Assembly (NCBI RefSeq): GCF_006345805.1
Contig: NC_043002.1
Span: 23,126,001-23,190,000 of the forward strand
Reading direction: 5' to 3'
Source of the DNA: Octopus sinensis
Lineage: Eukaryota
DNA length: 64,000 nt
Shown here in pieces: positions 49,760-63,854 of this stretch. Every line of letters starts with the position of its first letter. Within the stretch, counting starts at the first letter, position 1. The notes under the pieces were generated by a model that searched no databases, had not been told where the DNA came from, and saw nothing but the letters and a program-made list of their open reading frames with translations. The position numbers were made by a program, and so were the translations under genes.

Positions 49760-50630
49760 GCAGAACATTGACTCTGAGTTTTTAGGCTGCTGCTATTGAA
49801 ATTGGAAGGACTGATACTTATATTTTTGTGTTAGATTAAATTGCTGGAAAACATATATAAACGAATTCAATTTTTCTCTGCTGATATCAGAGAACGTGAA
49901 GCATAAACCACCGTCTTCATGTTGCCATCTTTATATTTATGCAGCATTACTGCTCTTACACCGTACTTAGTAGCATCGGAAGCTACAACAATCTCCGCTG
50001 ATGTATTGAAGTATGCTAATGACAAATCAGATATTAATAATTATTTTTAATTTCGTCAAATGCCTTTTTACAATTTTCCGACCAATTCCATTTCATATCT
50101 TTTTTCAGCAGATTATTCAGTGGAACCCTCACCTTATGCACATTTGGAATTTATTTTTGGTAGTAACTTGCCGGTCCTAAAAATGATTGTAAGGTCGCTA
50201 TATTTGCTGGAGGGGGCATATTTTTAATTGCGTCTGCTCTCGGCGGGTCTGGTCGACGTCTATTTCTGTCAATGATTTATCCTAAATATCCTATTTTCGG
50301 TAAGAAAAATTCACACTTTTCTTCACTCAAAGTAAAGCCGTAATCCCTATTTTTTTCGATTTTTTAAATATTATACATGCTCTATGAGTGGATCCCTGGA
50401 TTCGCTTTTAATGAGTATATCATCCAGATATGGAATTGCGAATTCACAGTTCACTAACATTGCATTCATGATCTTTTCAAAAATCACTGGTGAGACTTTT
50501 AAGCCAAATGGCAATCTGTTGTATTTATACAGTCCTTTAGGAATGTTAATTGTTAGGTATTTAGAGCAATTAATAACTAGCAATATATCAACTTTGGTGA
50601 CAATTAGATGAACCGTATGTGCTACTTCCT
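49760..50630 (-). mobile_element. Decayed Ty3/Gypsy pol fragment (RT and RNase H)
   Basis: YKYNRLPFGLK, PYLDDILI, EKCEFF..IGYLG, LQSFLG..SYY, VVASDAT.YGV, VYASRSLISAEKN. Confidence 0.9.
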
Positions 50631-50699
50631 TTCAACAAATTCTTGAAAGTTTTCAATTCTGTTCGAATGTTGATAAAAATTGTATAGTCACGAATGAAT

Positions 50700-51600
50700 A
50701 CTGATGTTCGAGGTGAAATAAATAGATGTCAAACTCAAATGGAAACGTTTGGTTCGTTCTTCAGATTAAATCTCTGCCAGTTCTTGAATTTTGAGAAATT
50801 CAGACAATTTCTCAAAATTACTGCAAGCACCTAAAATATCAATCAACAGAGTGGCACAAGATGGTTGAAAATAATAAAATAAGTTGTGAAAAATATGAAA
50901 AAGAATAACGATTCATTTGATAACTTCTTGGATTATATTAAGCAGAAGTCAAAGATACACTATTTCGTTTCGGAAATATATCACTATCATGGAAGTGATG
51001 GTTCTCAAAAAAAAATAGAAATGGAAATTGGGAATGGCATATTTCCATCAACAGCTCGATACCATTACAGATACATGTATTTTTGATACAAACATCTCTT
51101 CTATTCACAAACGCTTCGATTAAGCGTGTTACAAAATATATTCAACGCCGGAGACACGGCACCTGAAGGCGACCAACAAAGAGAACATGTCATCATAAAT
51201 TAATTTTATTAAAGAAACGCCTGACAATGATTTTAAATAGCTCTTCTAGCATTTGAAGATTATCTCTGTTTATTGTTTGACTGCCGTTGGAAACAATCAG
51301 AATGAAAAAAATATATAAATAAATACATGCAGCCGACAGTAAGTATTTAATATCAAAGATTTGTAAAATTTGCTAAATTTTTGCACTTAATTCCTGAAAC
51401 AGCTGCTACGCTACAACTGAACGAATATTTTTTCTGGCAAAACAAGTAAAGACAAGTCTTCTGTCAAGGATGACACAAGAGATATTAAATTCTTTGGCTA
51501 GATATTTTCATTAAACAAAGAACTGACAGACAAGGATTTGCTTCTTTAAATGAGATTGGCAAAAGAATTTTCGACAGATTCCAATTGGTTTGATGGTAAA
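50700..51600 (+). mobile_element. Decayed hAT transposase C-terminal half (ZMYM1-like family, dimerisation domain)
   Basis: SDNFSKLLQ, DSFDNFLDY, FPSTARYHYRYMYF and ATTERIFFLAKQVKTSLLSRMTQEILNSL resembling the hAT ERxFSxLKxxKTxLRSxMxQxxLNxL motif. Confidence 0.7.
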
Positions 51601-51798
51601 TTGAATTGAATAATGAAGTTTTATAATTACAGCTGCTTTTCATGAATGTCATCGTATAGTCTATATTTTACAATAGATAGGGGGCTCCGAAGAGGGTGTC
51701 AGGGAGTATGTGTGTGCGTATGTGAGTGTTTAATATATGTATGCATGCCTGTATATGTGTGCGTGTGTATATATATGAGTACATGCATGTATATGTAT

Positions 51799-51862
<64 letters not shown>

Positions 51863-52115
51863 CAGATGAGAGAGACCAAAAATGGAATATACGAGAGACT
51901 TTGCTGCTCACAACGATCATTTCGACCAATCCCACATCGATCCACCGCGGGTGAGATATTTTACAAGTAGTTGTAGTATATCCCTCGGTGCAGACGCATC
52001 TCCTCAGGTGATGTTATAAGGGGTGTCTCGTTAAATAAACTCTGTTTCGCTCGGTTTTAATCTCAGCATGTTGTTGGTGAAAGTATGTTCAAGCCGTTAG
52101 GCAAGAATGGTGAGG

Positions 52116-52342
52116 AATGGCGAGCTGGCAGAAACTTTAGCGCGCCGGGCGAAATACTTAGCGGTATTTTGTCAGCCGTTACGTTCTGAGTTCAAATTCC
52201 GCCGAGGTTAACTTTACCTTTCATCCTTTCGGATTCGATAAATTAAGTACCAGTTACGCACTGGGAGGTAATCGACTTAATCCCCTTGTCTGTCCTTGTT
52301 TGTCCCCTCTATGTTTAGCTCCTTGTGGGCAATAAAAAATAG
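52116..52342 (+). mobile_element. SINE family A, full length
   Basis: 11-bp TSD GAATGGTGAGG at 52105-15 and 52343-53. Confidence 0.93.
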
Positions 52343-53289
52343 GAATGGTGAGGGACAGATTTCGTTGCGACTTTAAAAACAAAGACGGGGATTAATTAAT
52401 AAAAATAAAACAAAAAAGACAAATAAAACATAGAATAAAGTAAAACATTACTTGCGTTAATACCCACATACAAATATCTCCATACCCACACTAGCTTTTC
52501 TGTGTACACACACATTCTCCCATATGCAATGTTAAATAAATGTTATTAAATGCTTTTTTGCATGTCCTGCCATTCTCGTAACGCGCTGTGGCCCGAGGAT
52601 CCGGCTTACTCGGTCAAAGGCTTTTCTTGGTCGTCAATCTTTTAGTAGTCAATTTACTCACATACGTATAACACAGCATACACTTGTACTGGGAATATGT
52701 ATTCAGTACCAGGTGTTGATGTTGCTGCGTGTATATTATTATAAGAGTTCTTATAGAGATGAAGAATAAATTCAAGAACTATATATTTACTACATAGAAA
52801 TATATTTTATTTACTAGTCACTGATGATACATAATCAAACTGTAGAATCTAGTTGAATGAAGTAACCTATGCAAGAAAGTTCAGAGATAGGAAATATAGA
52901 AATAACAACTAAATGGTAGCTTTCAGTGATGTGGCGTAGAGAAATAGACGGACATAGCAATGACGTGAATGGCTCTAAGTCTAATCGACTAAGAAGTAAA
53001 GGGCAGGGTTAGCAAGCTGTTTTTATTAATGGGACGCTAGTCATTCTAGAAACTTCCAGGAGAAAAGCTAAGCTTCTTGAATAATTAATAATCACGTCTC
53101 ATGACACAGATACTTCGAGAAACTTAGAAAGGGAGGTTACCCTATAATTTTTTTGCAAGGGAGATCGTTAAACTATCTAGCTACCGCTACACACTTATAT
53201 GTGTGAGTGTATGTATTATGTATTAAGTGTATATATGTATTATGTGTATATGTGTGTGTGTGCATGTGTGTGTGTGTGTGTGTGTGTGT

Positions 53290-53590
53290 GTGGGCGCAAT
53301 GGCCCAGTGGTTGGGGCAGCGGATCCGCGGTCGGAGGATCGCGTTTTCGATTCCCAGACCGGGCGTTGTGTATGTTTATTGAGCAAAAACACCTAAAAGC
53401 TCCATGAAGCTCCGGCAGGGGGTGATGGTGACCCCTGTTGCACTCTTTCACCACAACTTTCTCTCATTCTTTCTTCCTGTTTCTTGAGTAACGCTGTGAT
53501 GGACTGGTGTCCCGTCCAGCTGGGGGGAACACATACGCCACAGAAACCGGGAAACCAGGCCCATGAGCCTAGATAGGCTTGAAAAGGGCG
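53290..53590 (+). mobile_element. tRNA-type SINE family D
   Basis: Head matches the 29596 copy; GATGGACTGGTGTCCCGTCCAG block. Confidence 0.8.
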
Positions 53591-54761
53591 ATGTTTTATT
53601 GTTATATATATATATATATATATATACATATATATAGTGCTGCTGCGGCTGTTGTTACTGCAGCTGCTGATTGTAGTCGTTGTAGTTGTGCTGATGTTGC
53701 TAACAATCGTGGTGGTAGAGGTGTTGTTGTAGAGTGATGGGGCTGATACTTATGCAGGTATTGGCGATGGTGGTGGTACTGCTCATTGCCGTCGTAGTGG
53801 AAATCATCTCGACTGTAACTTTCTCATTGCTCTCCTCTTCAATCCAAATTTCCACTCCCTCCTCCTCCCCCTCCCTCTCTCTTTCTCACTCCCTACTCTC
53901 AGATAATTTCCTTCATATATGTATGTATGTATGTGTACATTGTATGTGTACGAGTGCAGTTGTGTTTGCGTGTGTATGTCCGTGTGTTTACGTGAATGTG
54001 TGCGTGTGTGTTGGTGTCGGTACATAACTATGTGAACTATAGTATCAATCACACACATTACACAGATTCATAAACACATCCACGCGCGCACACGCACACA
54101 CATGCGCACACAATACTCTCGCACACATACACATATATACACACACACACACTGACGTATACACACGCCCGTATTCACACACACATACACATGCAATTCA
54201 GATGACATGCACAAGCTAAAGGCGATCATTTCTTTTGTTGATTGACTTGTTAAAAATAGCAGCTAAATCTCTCTTAAATCATATATCATAAACCGTCTAG
54301 AAAACAGGTCGATCCTCCATACTCTATGTATGAATAAAATATGGGATGGTCATCGCTGGAACGCTTTTAATCGCTTGTGTGCCAATTAGAGCTGACGTGG
54401 AACAAAACAACGACAAATATTCAAATTCACACACACACACATTCACGTATACATACGCCCGTGTTCACACACACGCACACGCGCGCACACACACATATTC
54501 ATATACAGGACACATATATAAACATGTGCCTGTTCACATGCACACGCGAACATTATCCGGTAGGTCAACATTTGACAATTGCTGATAACGTCACTCCCAC
54601 TTTCTCTCACTCATCCTCTCTCTCTCTTCCCCCCGCCCACTAACCCTTCCTCTCCCTTCTCTCTCATTCATCAACCTTCTTTCTCTTTCTCTTTCTCTTT
54701 CTCTCTCTCTCCCTTTCTATCCCACTTTTCTCTCACTTGGTGTGTGCGTGTGCCGCACTAC

Positions 54762-55060
54762 TGGACTTAAGCGTGACCGACTGGTTAAGAAGTTTACGTT
54801 ACTTTTATGAGATCCCGAGTTCAATCTCAATCCATTTCATCATAATCAAATGTCTTTTACCAAAACGTCTGGGCCTCTTAAGCGTTGAGAATGAAAATGC
54901 ATGGATGGAAACTGTACGGAAGTCCGTCAGATGGATTGCACTAGTAATTCAATTATCACAGACTGTGATATGCTAATTCAGCACGATATCTGTGGAATAC
55001 TCAGCCATTTATGCATTAATTTAATAAGTAAGGAGCTCAGTCGCTCGAACAAACAAATGC
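54762..55060 (+). mobile_element. Old diverged SINE with family C-type tail
   Basis: GACTGGTTAAG and GAGTTCAATCTC boxes; CTGTGGAATACTCAGCCATT tail block. Confidence 0.5.
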
Positions 55061-55145
55061 TCAACGTCAAAAGCAATAAAGGATTCATCCTCATACGAAA
55101 CAGGTATGAATAAGTCGACAAAGTGATCGACAGACAGACAGACAT

Positions 55146-55187
<42 letters not shown>

Positions 55188-55199
55188 TGATAGACAGAC

Positions 55200-55294
<95 letters not shown>

Positions 55295-55399
55295 GATGTG
55301 TATACACACGCACACGTGCGCGCGCGCATACAAACATACAAGTTGCGTATTTGGCGTGGGAGACTATTTATCGAAAATGCGATGAATACTATCTCCAAC

Positions 55400-56480
55400 T
55401 TTGGTACCACAACTACCAGCCTTGTTAAATATCTGGTTAATCTTCAGATGAATTAACTTGGGGAGCTTTTTATTCTCAATCGTAGTGATTTTCGACTGAA
55501 ACTTGAATTTAGCATGCAGAGAGTCACACCAAACAACATGGCTGGACACAACATCAGCAACACAATCGAGGAACAGAACGAAAACAACAGCTGAACAGAT
55601 AAACAAATTCCTTCTAGTTGTAGTTATAGAAGAAACCGTAATTACAAAGCTCATTTCTCTTGGAGTTATAAATTGAATAAGGATCTGTTTAACTGCTACG
55701 AAAACGCGAAACAAAACACTGCTGTTGGCCATATGAATCGATTGAAATCATATTGGGACGATCTGCAGCCAGAATTAAATCATTTTACTGCGAAGAAACT
55801 ACGCCAACAAGCAACATTTGTAGAACATAGAAAGAAAATTATTAACTGTAACTTTATTCAGAAATCGAAAATTAGCCTTCTTCCCAACTCTATAAACAAA
55901 AACGAAAACTTGAATGATATAAGACTACCATATGGTTTCGCAGCCAGCGATATTCCAACAGATTCTATAGTGTCTGCCAGCCAAGCTACATTACTGGCTC
56001 AAGCAACGGACCACTGTCCCCCTACTACGGCTAAACTAAATAGCAAGCACAACCGCAACAATTATTGTAGTAGTAGTAGTGTAAGTCAGGATTATATGAT
56101 GGTGAAATGTGCCCTTACTGAAAATTTACGAGAAACAATAACTTTGGCTTTGAAGTAATATCTCGAGAGAGTATTCTCTACCAAAGTAAGTGAAAAAAAC
56201 CACCAGATACGGTATTAAAAGCTGTTAACGAAACTGGTGATGAGTATTTACAACAGTGTGATGAACCCACATACTGGCAGATTAACGCCTGTCTATATGC
56301 GCTGGCTACTATTGTAAAACAGTACATGAATGATATTCAAAAAGTAAACAAAACCGAAATAACAAAGAAAGTACCTTCATGGGTTTTGAAGACAGTGAAA
56401 AAGATAATTGGTTTACGGAAGATAATCAGTCATGTAATGATGCAAAGCAAATCACTCTACGTCCCACCAACAGAAAGTAA
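55400..56480 (+). mobile_element. N-terminal region of an R4/Dong-like non-LTR ORF (decayed)
   Basis: WSYKLNKDLFNCYENAK..GHMNRLKSYWDDLQPE..KKLRQQA and KVPSWV..IIGLRKIISHV segments recognised from this element type; no RT retained. Confidence 0.55.
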
Positions 56481-56584
56481 AGAAGGAAATAGAAATGATG
56501 TTTGGCGACAACAAAAAGAGGACACTCACTTGCAAACTGATTACCCTCAAGCATTATATTTTGCATTTGCGACTCCGTTGGTGG

Positions 56585-56860
56585 CTAATGACCCCTGCTC
56601 TTGACAAGCATACACGACTGCATACATTGCAAACCAGCAGTGCACTTTTGAGCAGCACGCTTAAGTTCTTCATGCAGGATACGTGCTCTCTCAAAAGTGT
56701 CGACCTCACTCCTTAACCTGCTTCCTCCATCTGTGGTGATGACAGGCATTGCTCTCCTAGTCAGTCTCCTGCATATCACAGGCCTTTAATGAGGACTTGA
56801 CACAGTCCTTAAATCGTAGCCTTGGTTTCTGCCGGGGTCTCTTTCCAATCACAAGTTCAT
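56585..56860 (-). mobile_element. RTE LINE C-terminal fragment
   Basis: YELVIGKRPRQKPRLRFKDCVKSSLKAC and TFERARILHEELKRAAQK, paralleling 37400-37620; 5' end abuts (TATG)n. Confidence 0.8.
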
Positions 56861-57519
56861 ATATACATACACACATACATACATACAAACATACATACAT
56901 ACATACATACATACATTCATACATACATACATACATACATACATACATACATACATACATACATACATACATACATACATACATACATACATACATACAT
57001 ACATACATACATACATACATACATACTGCTGTCTCCATTTACACAGCAAATTGGTTCTGAAAAATCCCATGCAAATAGAAATTCTGTAAAACTGAATAGT
57101 TCTAACTCAGATACAAACTATCCAACATAGTTATGCTGCAGCTCAGTCTAAGCCTAATGCTGGCTGCGTGTCTTTGCTGGAGATCCAGTGGATGTGTGAC
57201 GTACTTACATCATAATAGAGCTCTCAAATCACAAAATAGATATTGTAGTTTAATGATACTTTATATGCATCCCCGGTTTCCGAGATCAAAAATTACTTAT
57301 TCCAAGAATTCAAAACATGTCACATAATAAATAAAAGATTATGGCTTTCCCACCTCACTTTCTAGCTGATTGATGTTCATAATCTTATTACAGGAGAGAA
57401 AGGAATGAACATTGCACGTCAGAAACATTAGGTTATAAAATCTGTTCATATAAGCACCTGTACCTATCATACCTATAATTTAAAGGTTGTCCCAGTTTGT
57501 CCCTTATGAATTATCCATC

Positions 57520-57740
57520 CGTCTATTTTTCTCCGCCCATTTTCGGGAGGATTGTTGAGGTAGAGTGTTCAGGCACTTCTTCCATAGAAGCAACCATCAT
57601 TACTCTTTCCTGATGATTCCCACGCGTGACCGTCTGAGGCTATGGATATTATCCCCTCTTGGTCTACCCTTTGATTTCCTGTCGGTTGGTTCAGCTTGAA
57701 GAATCTGTCTTGCGATTCTTTCCAACGGCATTCTAATCAC
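57520..57740 (-). mobile_element. RTE-like LINE C-terminal fragment (different family)
   Basis: VIRMPLERIARQILQAEPT. Confidence 0.6.
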
Positions 57741-57767
57741 ATTCTAATCTTATAAATGATGATAAAC

Positions 57768-58004
57768 AAAAAGGCGGAGAGCTGGCAGAATCGTTAGCAC
57801 ACCGAGCGAAATGCGTAGCCGTATTTCGTCTGCCGTTACATTCTGAGTTCAAATTCCGCCGAGGTCGACTTTGCCTTTCATCCTTTCGGGATCGATAAAT
57901 TAAGTACCAGTTACGCAGTGGGGTCGATGTAATCGACTTAATCCGTTTGTCTGTCTTTGTTTGTCCTCTCTGTGTTTAGCCCCTTGTGGATAGTAAAGAA
58001 AACA
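57768..58004 (+). mobile_element. SINE family A, full length
   Basis: 14-bp TSD AAATGATGATAAAC at 57754-67 and 58005-18. Confidence 0.93.
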
Positions 58005-59043
58005 AAATGATGATAAACTAATTCTCCATATACTTCCCTTTGAGGTTCATCTTCTATCCAAAATAATAGAACTTTTCCCCACTGTTTCCATGAAGTTACT
58101 AGATATGTATGTACTTTAAATTTATTGAAGATCTTATAATCATACTGGCTTTGATTTTTTTTTCTTTTAACTCTGCTAACGGTTACATTGTTTATATTGA
58201 ACAAAGTTACAGTTTCTATCGAGATCTTTCCATTTTGAAGTTGATGTCATAATTTAATTTTTATTTCTAGAAAAATCGATTTTTAGTTCGTTTGTTTTGA
58301 TGTATGAAACACTATTATTTAACGCCAAAAATAATTTTTCAACACCATGTAAAGTATAAAAAAACACAAACAAATAACACTTAAGTGCAATCTGTCACAG
58401 CATCTTAGACGTGAAATTAAAGCAGAATGAAGGAAAATAAAATAAAAATAACGAAAAGAAAAAAGAAACGAAGAAACGACTGATAAATAGTTTTATATGA
58501 TAAACGTAAAAATAAAAAATATATAAGAAAAACGACAGAAACTAAAACCGTGGTAAAAGGGAAATAAACCGTGCAAACTGAGTACCGTGTAAACAGAGGG
58601 ACAACTGAATGTAGTTTTTTTTTCTCTCTCCCTTATTTCTCCCTCTTTCTCTGTCTCTCTTCTCTCTCCTTCCCTCTCTCTTTCTCTCTCTCTATTTATC
58701 TCTCCTATATTTTTTATGTATGTGTTTACATGCACACATACATATTCAGACACACTCACAAACTCATACATATACATACACCAACGCGCGTATGTGTACG
58801 TATGTGTGTGAGTGTGTATACGTGTACACATTTGTGTGTCGCGAAACGGTAAATGTATTTATGTATAGGACTGTATAAATATCCGTATGTGTATTAGTCT
58901 GTATCTGCATATGTGCATGTATGCGATTCTGTGTATACGCAAGTCTGTACGTGTATATGTACGCGCGCGTGTATAAGCGTGAAGCAACGGAGAGAGTGCA
59001 TGCATTTATGTATGAAATATGCTGGTGTATACATATGTGGGTG

Positions 59044-59101
<58 letters not shown>

Positions 59102-59192
59102 CGCGCGCGTATGTGTGTGTGTGTTTGTGTATTCGTGTACGTAGCATGTAAATGTTCTGAACGGGAAAATATATATATATACATATAAATAT

Positions 59193-59610
59193 CGGCGATC
59201 TGGCCGAATCGTTAGCACGCCGGGCGAAATGCTTAGCGGTATTTCGTCTGACGTTACGTTCTGAGTTCAAATTCCGCCGAGGTCGACTTTGCCTTTCATC
59301 CTTTCGGGGTCGATTAAATAAGTACCAGTTACGCACTGGGTCGATATAATCGACTTAATCCGTTTGTCTGTCCTTGTTTGTCCTCTCTGTGTTTAGCCCC
59401 TTGTGGGTAGTAAAGAAATAGGTATTTCATCTGCCGCTACGTTCTGAGTTCAAATTCCGCCGAGGTCGACTTTGCCTTTCATCCTTTCGGGGTCGATTAA
59501 ATAAGTACCAGTTAATCACTGGGATCGATGTAATTGACTTAATCCTCTTGTCTGTCCTTGTTTGTCCCCTCTGTGTGTAGCCCCTTCTGGGCAATAAAGA
59601 AATAGAAATA
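59193..59610 (+). mobile_element. SINE family A tandem dimer (full copy 59193-59420 plus 5'-truncated copy 59421-59610)
   Basis: Second unit begins GGTATTTCATCTG directly after the first tail. Confidence 0.9.
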
Positions 59611-59643
59611 TGTATGTATGAATGTATATATATATATATGTGT

Positions 59644-59682
<39 letters not shown>

Positions 59683-59979
59683 CGTGTGTGTGTCCACATG
59701 TCAGCCTGTCACTATGCCTCTCAGCATGTGTGTGTGTATGTGTGTGTGTGTGTGTGTGAATGAGTGAGTGTGCGTGTGTTGATCAGCAAAATGAGAAAGT
59801 GTGTTAACTGACTTCGAGAGAGGGATTAAGAAGTTTAGAGAGAAAGAGGGAGAGAGTGAGAGAGAGAGAGGAGGGGATAAGAGATTAGGAAGAGGTAGAA
59901 AGGAAGAAGAAATAAGTTTGTCAACAAACGATCACAGACACACACACACACATAACACTAGCAGCTGCAGGCGGAGTGG

Positions 59980-60026
<47 letters not shown>

Positions 60027-60029
<3 letters not shown>

Positions 60030-60667
60030 AAGAAGGAGGCGAAAGACGAGAACAGAGGAAATAGCTGAAAACAGTAAGCAAGCGAGCAAACTACCTGTAG
60101 CAGGATCCAGTCTTATTGCGTACATACGCATTTAGCTTCAAAATACTGACTTCGTCCATATTTCCTTAAGGAATTGTCGCAGAAATAAAAGAAAAAAGAA
60201 ATAAAGATATGAGGAAATAGAGAGGAAATAGAAGGAAAATAAATAGAAAAAACGAAATGAGGCCAAACGTTAACGTGAAATCCTGACGCTCGATAGCAAA
60301 ATACAACTTGTTTATTGTTTTTGAGAGTCGGACAACTTCTGTAGGCGCACATGTCGGGAGACGGCCGTTATTTATGTACAATTTATGCAATCGAGATATT
60401 TTAAAAACAACCTCAGGAAATCGCTAGCTTCAAAGTTCGCTGGTATGTAGAAAAAAGATCCATCTCTATAATAAATACATAAACATATGTGAGTGCGAGG
60501 ATTTTTATGTATGTATAATCGTTTGTATGTATGTACGTATTATTGTATGTGTGTGCGTGTGTGTGTGGATATACATATGTGTATATATGTATATACGTGT
60601 GTGAGCGTGAGTTAGTATGTAAGTGTATGTGTGTATGCGCGTGCATGAATATACGTTTGGGTGCGTG

Positions 60668-60698
<31 letters not shown>

Positions 60699-60833
60699 GA
60701 AATTGTATGCACGTTCATATATACATGCTTGGGTGCGCATATATATATATATACATATACATATATATATGTATGTGTATGTAATTGTATGCGTATGTAT
60801 GTACATATATATGTATGTCTTTGTGTTTGCACG

Positions 60834-60896
<63 letters not shown>

Positions 60897-61183
60897 ATAT
60901 GCGTTTGTGCGCGCAGGAAAGCCTTCCTTTTTTTCCCTGTCGAGGGCTTACATGACCCTTTATTCGACTATTTTACTTAGTCAATGCATGGTGATCGCCA
61001 TAAGTTTTAAGCTTATATAAATATACCATTATTATTATTTACACGATTGTAAATCTCGGCGTCGTAATAAAAAAAACCATATGCACCGAATGCATATATA
61101 TATATATATTATATATATATATATATATAATATATATATGCGTGTGTTGTGTGTGTATCTATGTGCAAGTATGTATATGAGAG

Positions 61184-61236
<53 letters not shown>

Positions 61237-62059
61237 AAGAAGGAGGCGAAAGACGAGAACAGAGGAATAGCTGAAAACAGTAAGCAAGCGAGCAAACTAC
61301 CTGTAGCAGGATCCAGTCTTATTGCGTACATACGCATTTAGCTTCAAAATACTGACTTCGTCCATATTTCCTTAAGGAATTGTCGCAGAAATAAAAGAAA
61401 AAAGAAATAAAGATATGAGGAAATAGAGAGGAAATAGAAGGAAAATAAATAGAAAAAACGAAATGAGGCCAAACGTTAACGTGAAATCCTGACGCTCGAT
61501 AGCAAAATACAACTTGTTTATTGTTTTTGAGAGTCGGACAACTTCTGTAGGCGCACATGTCGGGAGACGGCCGTTATTTATGTACAATTTATGCAATCGA
61601 GATATTTTTAAAAACAACCTCAGGAAATCGCTAGCTTCAAAGTTCGCTGGTATGTAGAAAAAAGATCCATCTCTATAATAAATACATAAACATATGTGAG
61701 TGCGAGGATTTTTATGTATGTATAATCGTTTGTATGTATGTACGTATTATTGTATGTGTGTGCGTGTGTGTGTGGATATACATATGTGTATATATGTATA
61801 TACGTGTGTGAGCGTGAGTTAGTATGTAAGTGTATGTGTGTATGCGCGTGCATGAATATACGTTTGGGTGCGTGTATATATATATATGTATATATATATG
61901 TATATATGAAATTGTATGCACGTTCATATATACATGCTTGGGTGCGCATATATATATATATACATATACATATATATATGTATGTGTATGTAATTGTATG
62001 CGTATGTATGTACATATATATGTATGTCTTTGTGTTTGCACGTATATATATATATATAT

Positions 62060-62137
<78 letters not shown>

Positions 62138-62332
62138 ATATGCGTTTGTGCGCGCAGGAAAGCCTTCCTTTTTTTCCCTGTCGAGGGCTTACATGACCCT
62201 TTATTCGACTATTTTACTTAGTCAATGCATGGTGATCGCCATAAGTTTTAAGCTTATATAAATATACCATTATTATTATTTACACGATTGTAAATCTCGG
62301 CGTCGTAATAAAAAAAAACCATATGCACCGAA

Positions 62333-62376
<44 letters not shown>

Positions 62377-62413
62377 TGTGTTGTGTGTGTATCTATGTGC
62401 AAGTATGTATATG

Positions 62414-62455
<42 letters not shown>
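60027..62455. repeat. Near-identical ~1.2-kb tandem duplication (60027-61233 and 61234-62455)
   Basis: Unique sequence repeats base for base apart from microsatellite lengths and 1-bp indels; junctions lie in (GA)n. Confidence 0.95.
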
Positions 62456-62458
<3 letters not shown>

Positions 62459-62689
62459 GGAGAGAGATGAAGAGATTTGTTGAGGTTCCAAGCTTTGCCT
62501 TGTTAACCAATATGTAGAAGCATGTTTTTACTTCACTGAAAGTTGTTTATGCAATACATTTTGTGTATAATTATTTTTGCAGTTATTGTTTTATTGTAAT
62601 GTAAACACATGTGAAAAGCTTAGTGTTTTTCCAGGTTTCTGAGCTGGTGCTTTTTTTCTTCTTGGCTTTTTTAGTTTTTTTTTTCTTTG

Positions 62690-62849
62690 TACTTGTTTCA
62701 CTCGTTGGACTGCGGCCTTGCTGGGGCACCGCCTTGAAGAGTTTTAGTCGAAGAGATCGGTCCCAGTATTTTATTTTAAGTCTTTTATTCTATCGGTTCT
62801 TTTGCCGAACAGTTGACTTACAAGGACGTAAACAAACCAACGTTGGCAG

Positions 62850-62895
<46 letters not shown>

Positions 62896-62903
62896 TATAT
62901 ATA

Positions 62904-62946
<43 letters not shown>

Positions 62947-63111
62947 CGCAGGAGTGGCTGTATGGTAAAAAACCTGCTTCCCAATCACATGGTCCCGGTT
63001 CAGTCCCACTGAGTGGCACCTTGGGCAAGTGTCTTCTACTATAGCCACGGGCTGACCAAAGCCTTGTGAGTGGATTTGGCAGACGGAAACTGAAAGAAGC
63101 CCGTCGTATAT

Positions 63112-63143
<32 letters not shown>

Positions 63144-63305
63144 CACACAACCAGCTTCCATGCAGTTTCCGTCAACTAAATTCACTCACGAGACATTGGT
63201 CGAGTCGGTCGGGCTACAGCATAAAACACTTACCCAAGACGTCGAGCAGAGGGACCGAACCCGTGACCACGTGGCTGCTAAGCTAGCTTCATTACCACAC
63301 TGCCA
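62690..63305. mobile_element. Rearranged SINE family B pieces: minus tail 62690-62850, plus head 62943-63108, older minus head 63150-63305
   Basis: Orientation read from family B consensus blocks. Confidence 0.8.
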
Positions 63306-63854
63306 CACTTAGTAATTTTAATTTCTTTGTTTTATTTTATATATTTTCTTGTAACAAATGTTATTCAGAAAACAAAGCATTTGTATTAGAAGAGTGTTTT
63401 ATTCGACGAGAGTTCCGGAGACTGCATTTCCTGTTCTTTTGAAATGGAGATAATGCATGGAATGCAAAGCCAGTTATAATGATTACTTCGATCACATGGG
63501 GCATAAGAATTTTGACCGTTTGTTTTGTAGCTGCATATTGTGAAGAAGGAAAACAAATGTTTGAAGAATATTAAGAACATTTTGTTTTTCTCTTTTTTTT
63601 TTTTTTACTTTTTGGTCAGGAAGGAAGGCGGTGCTATGGCCTTTTGCAGGGCCTCCAAGACTGTTGGAAGGGAGAAAGAGAGGAAAGTATCCTCAAATCG
63701 GAAATCTGGCCCGAATACTTGCAACAGAGTAGACTCTGCTTAAGGCACCGAGAATGCCAGCTGGAGGTATTAAACTGGGCAACGGACCTATAAGTCGTCT
63801 TTGCAGGTCATGGCAGGATTTGGACTCATAATGCAAGAGCCGGAATACTGCAAG

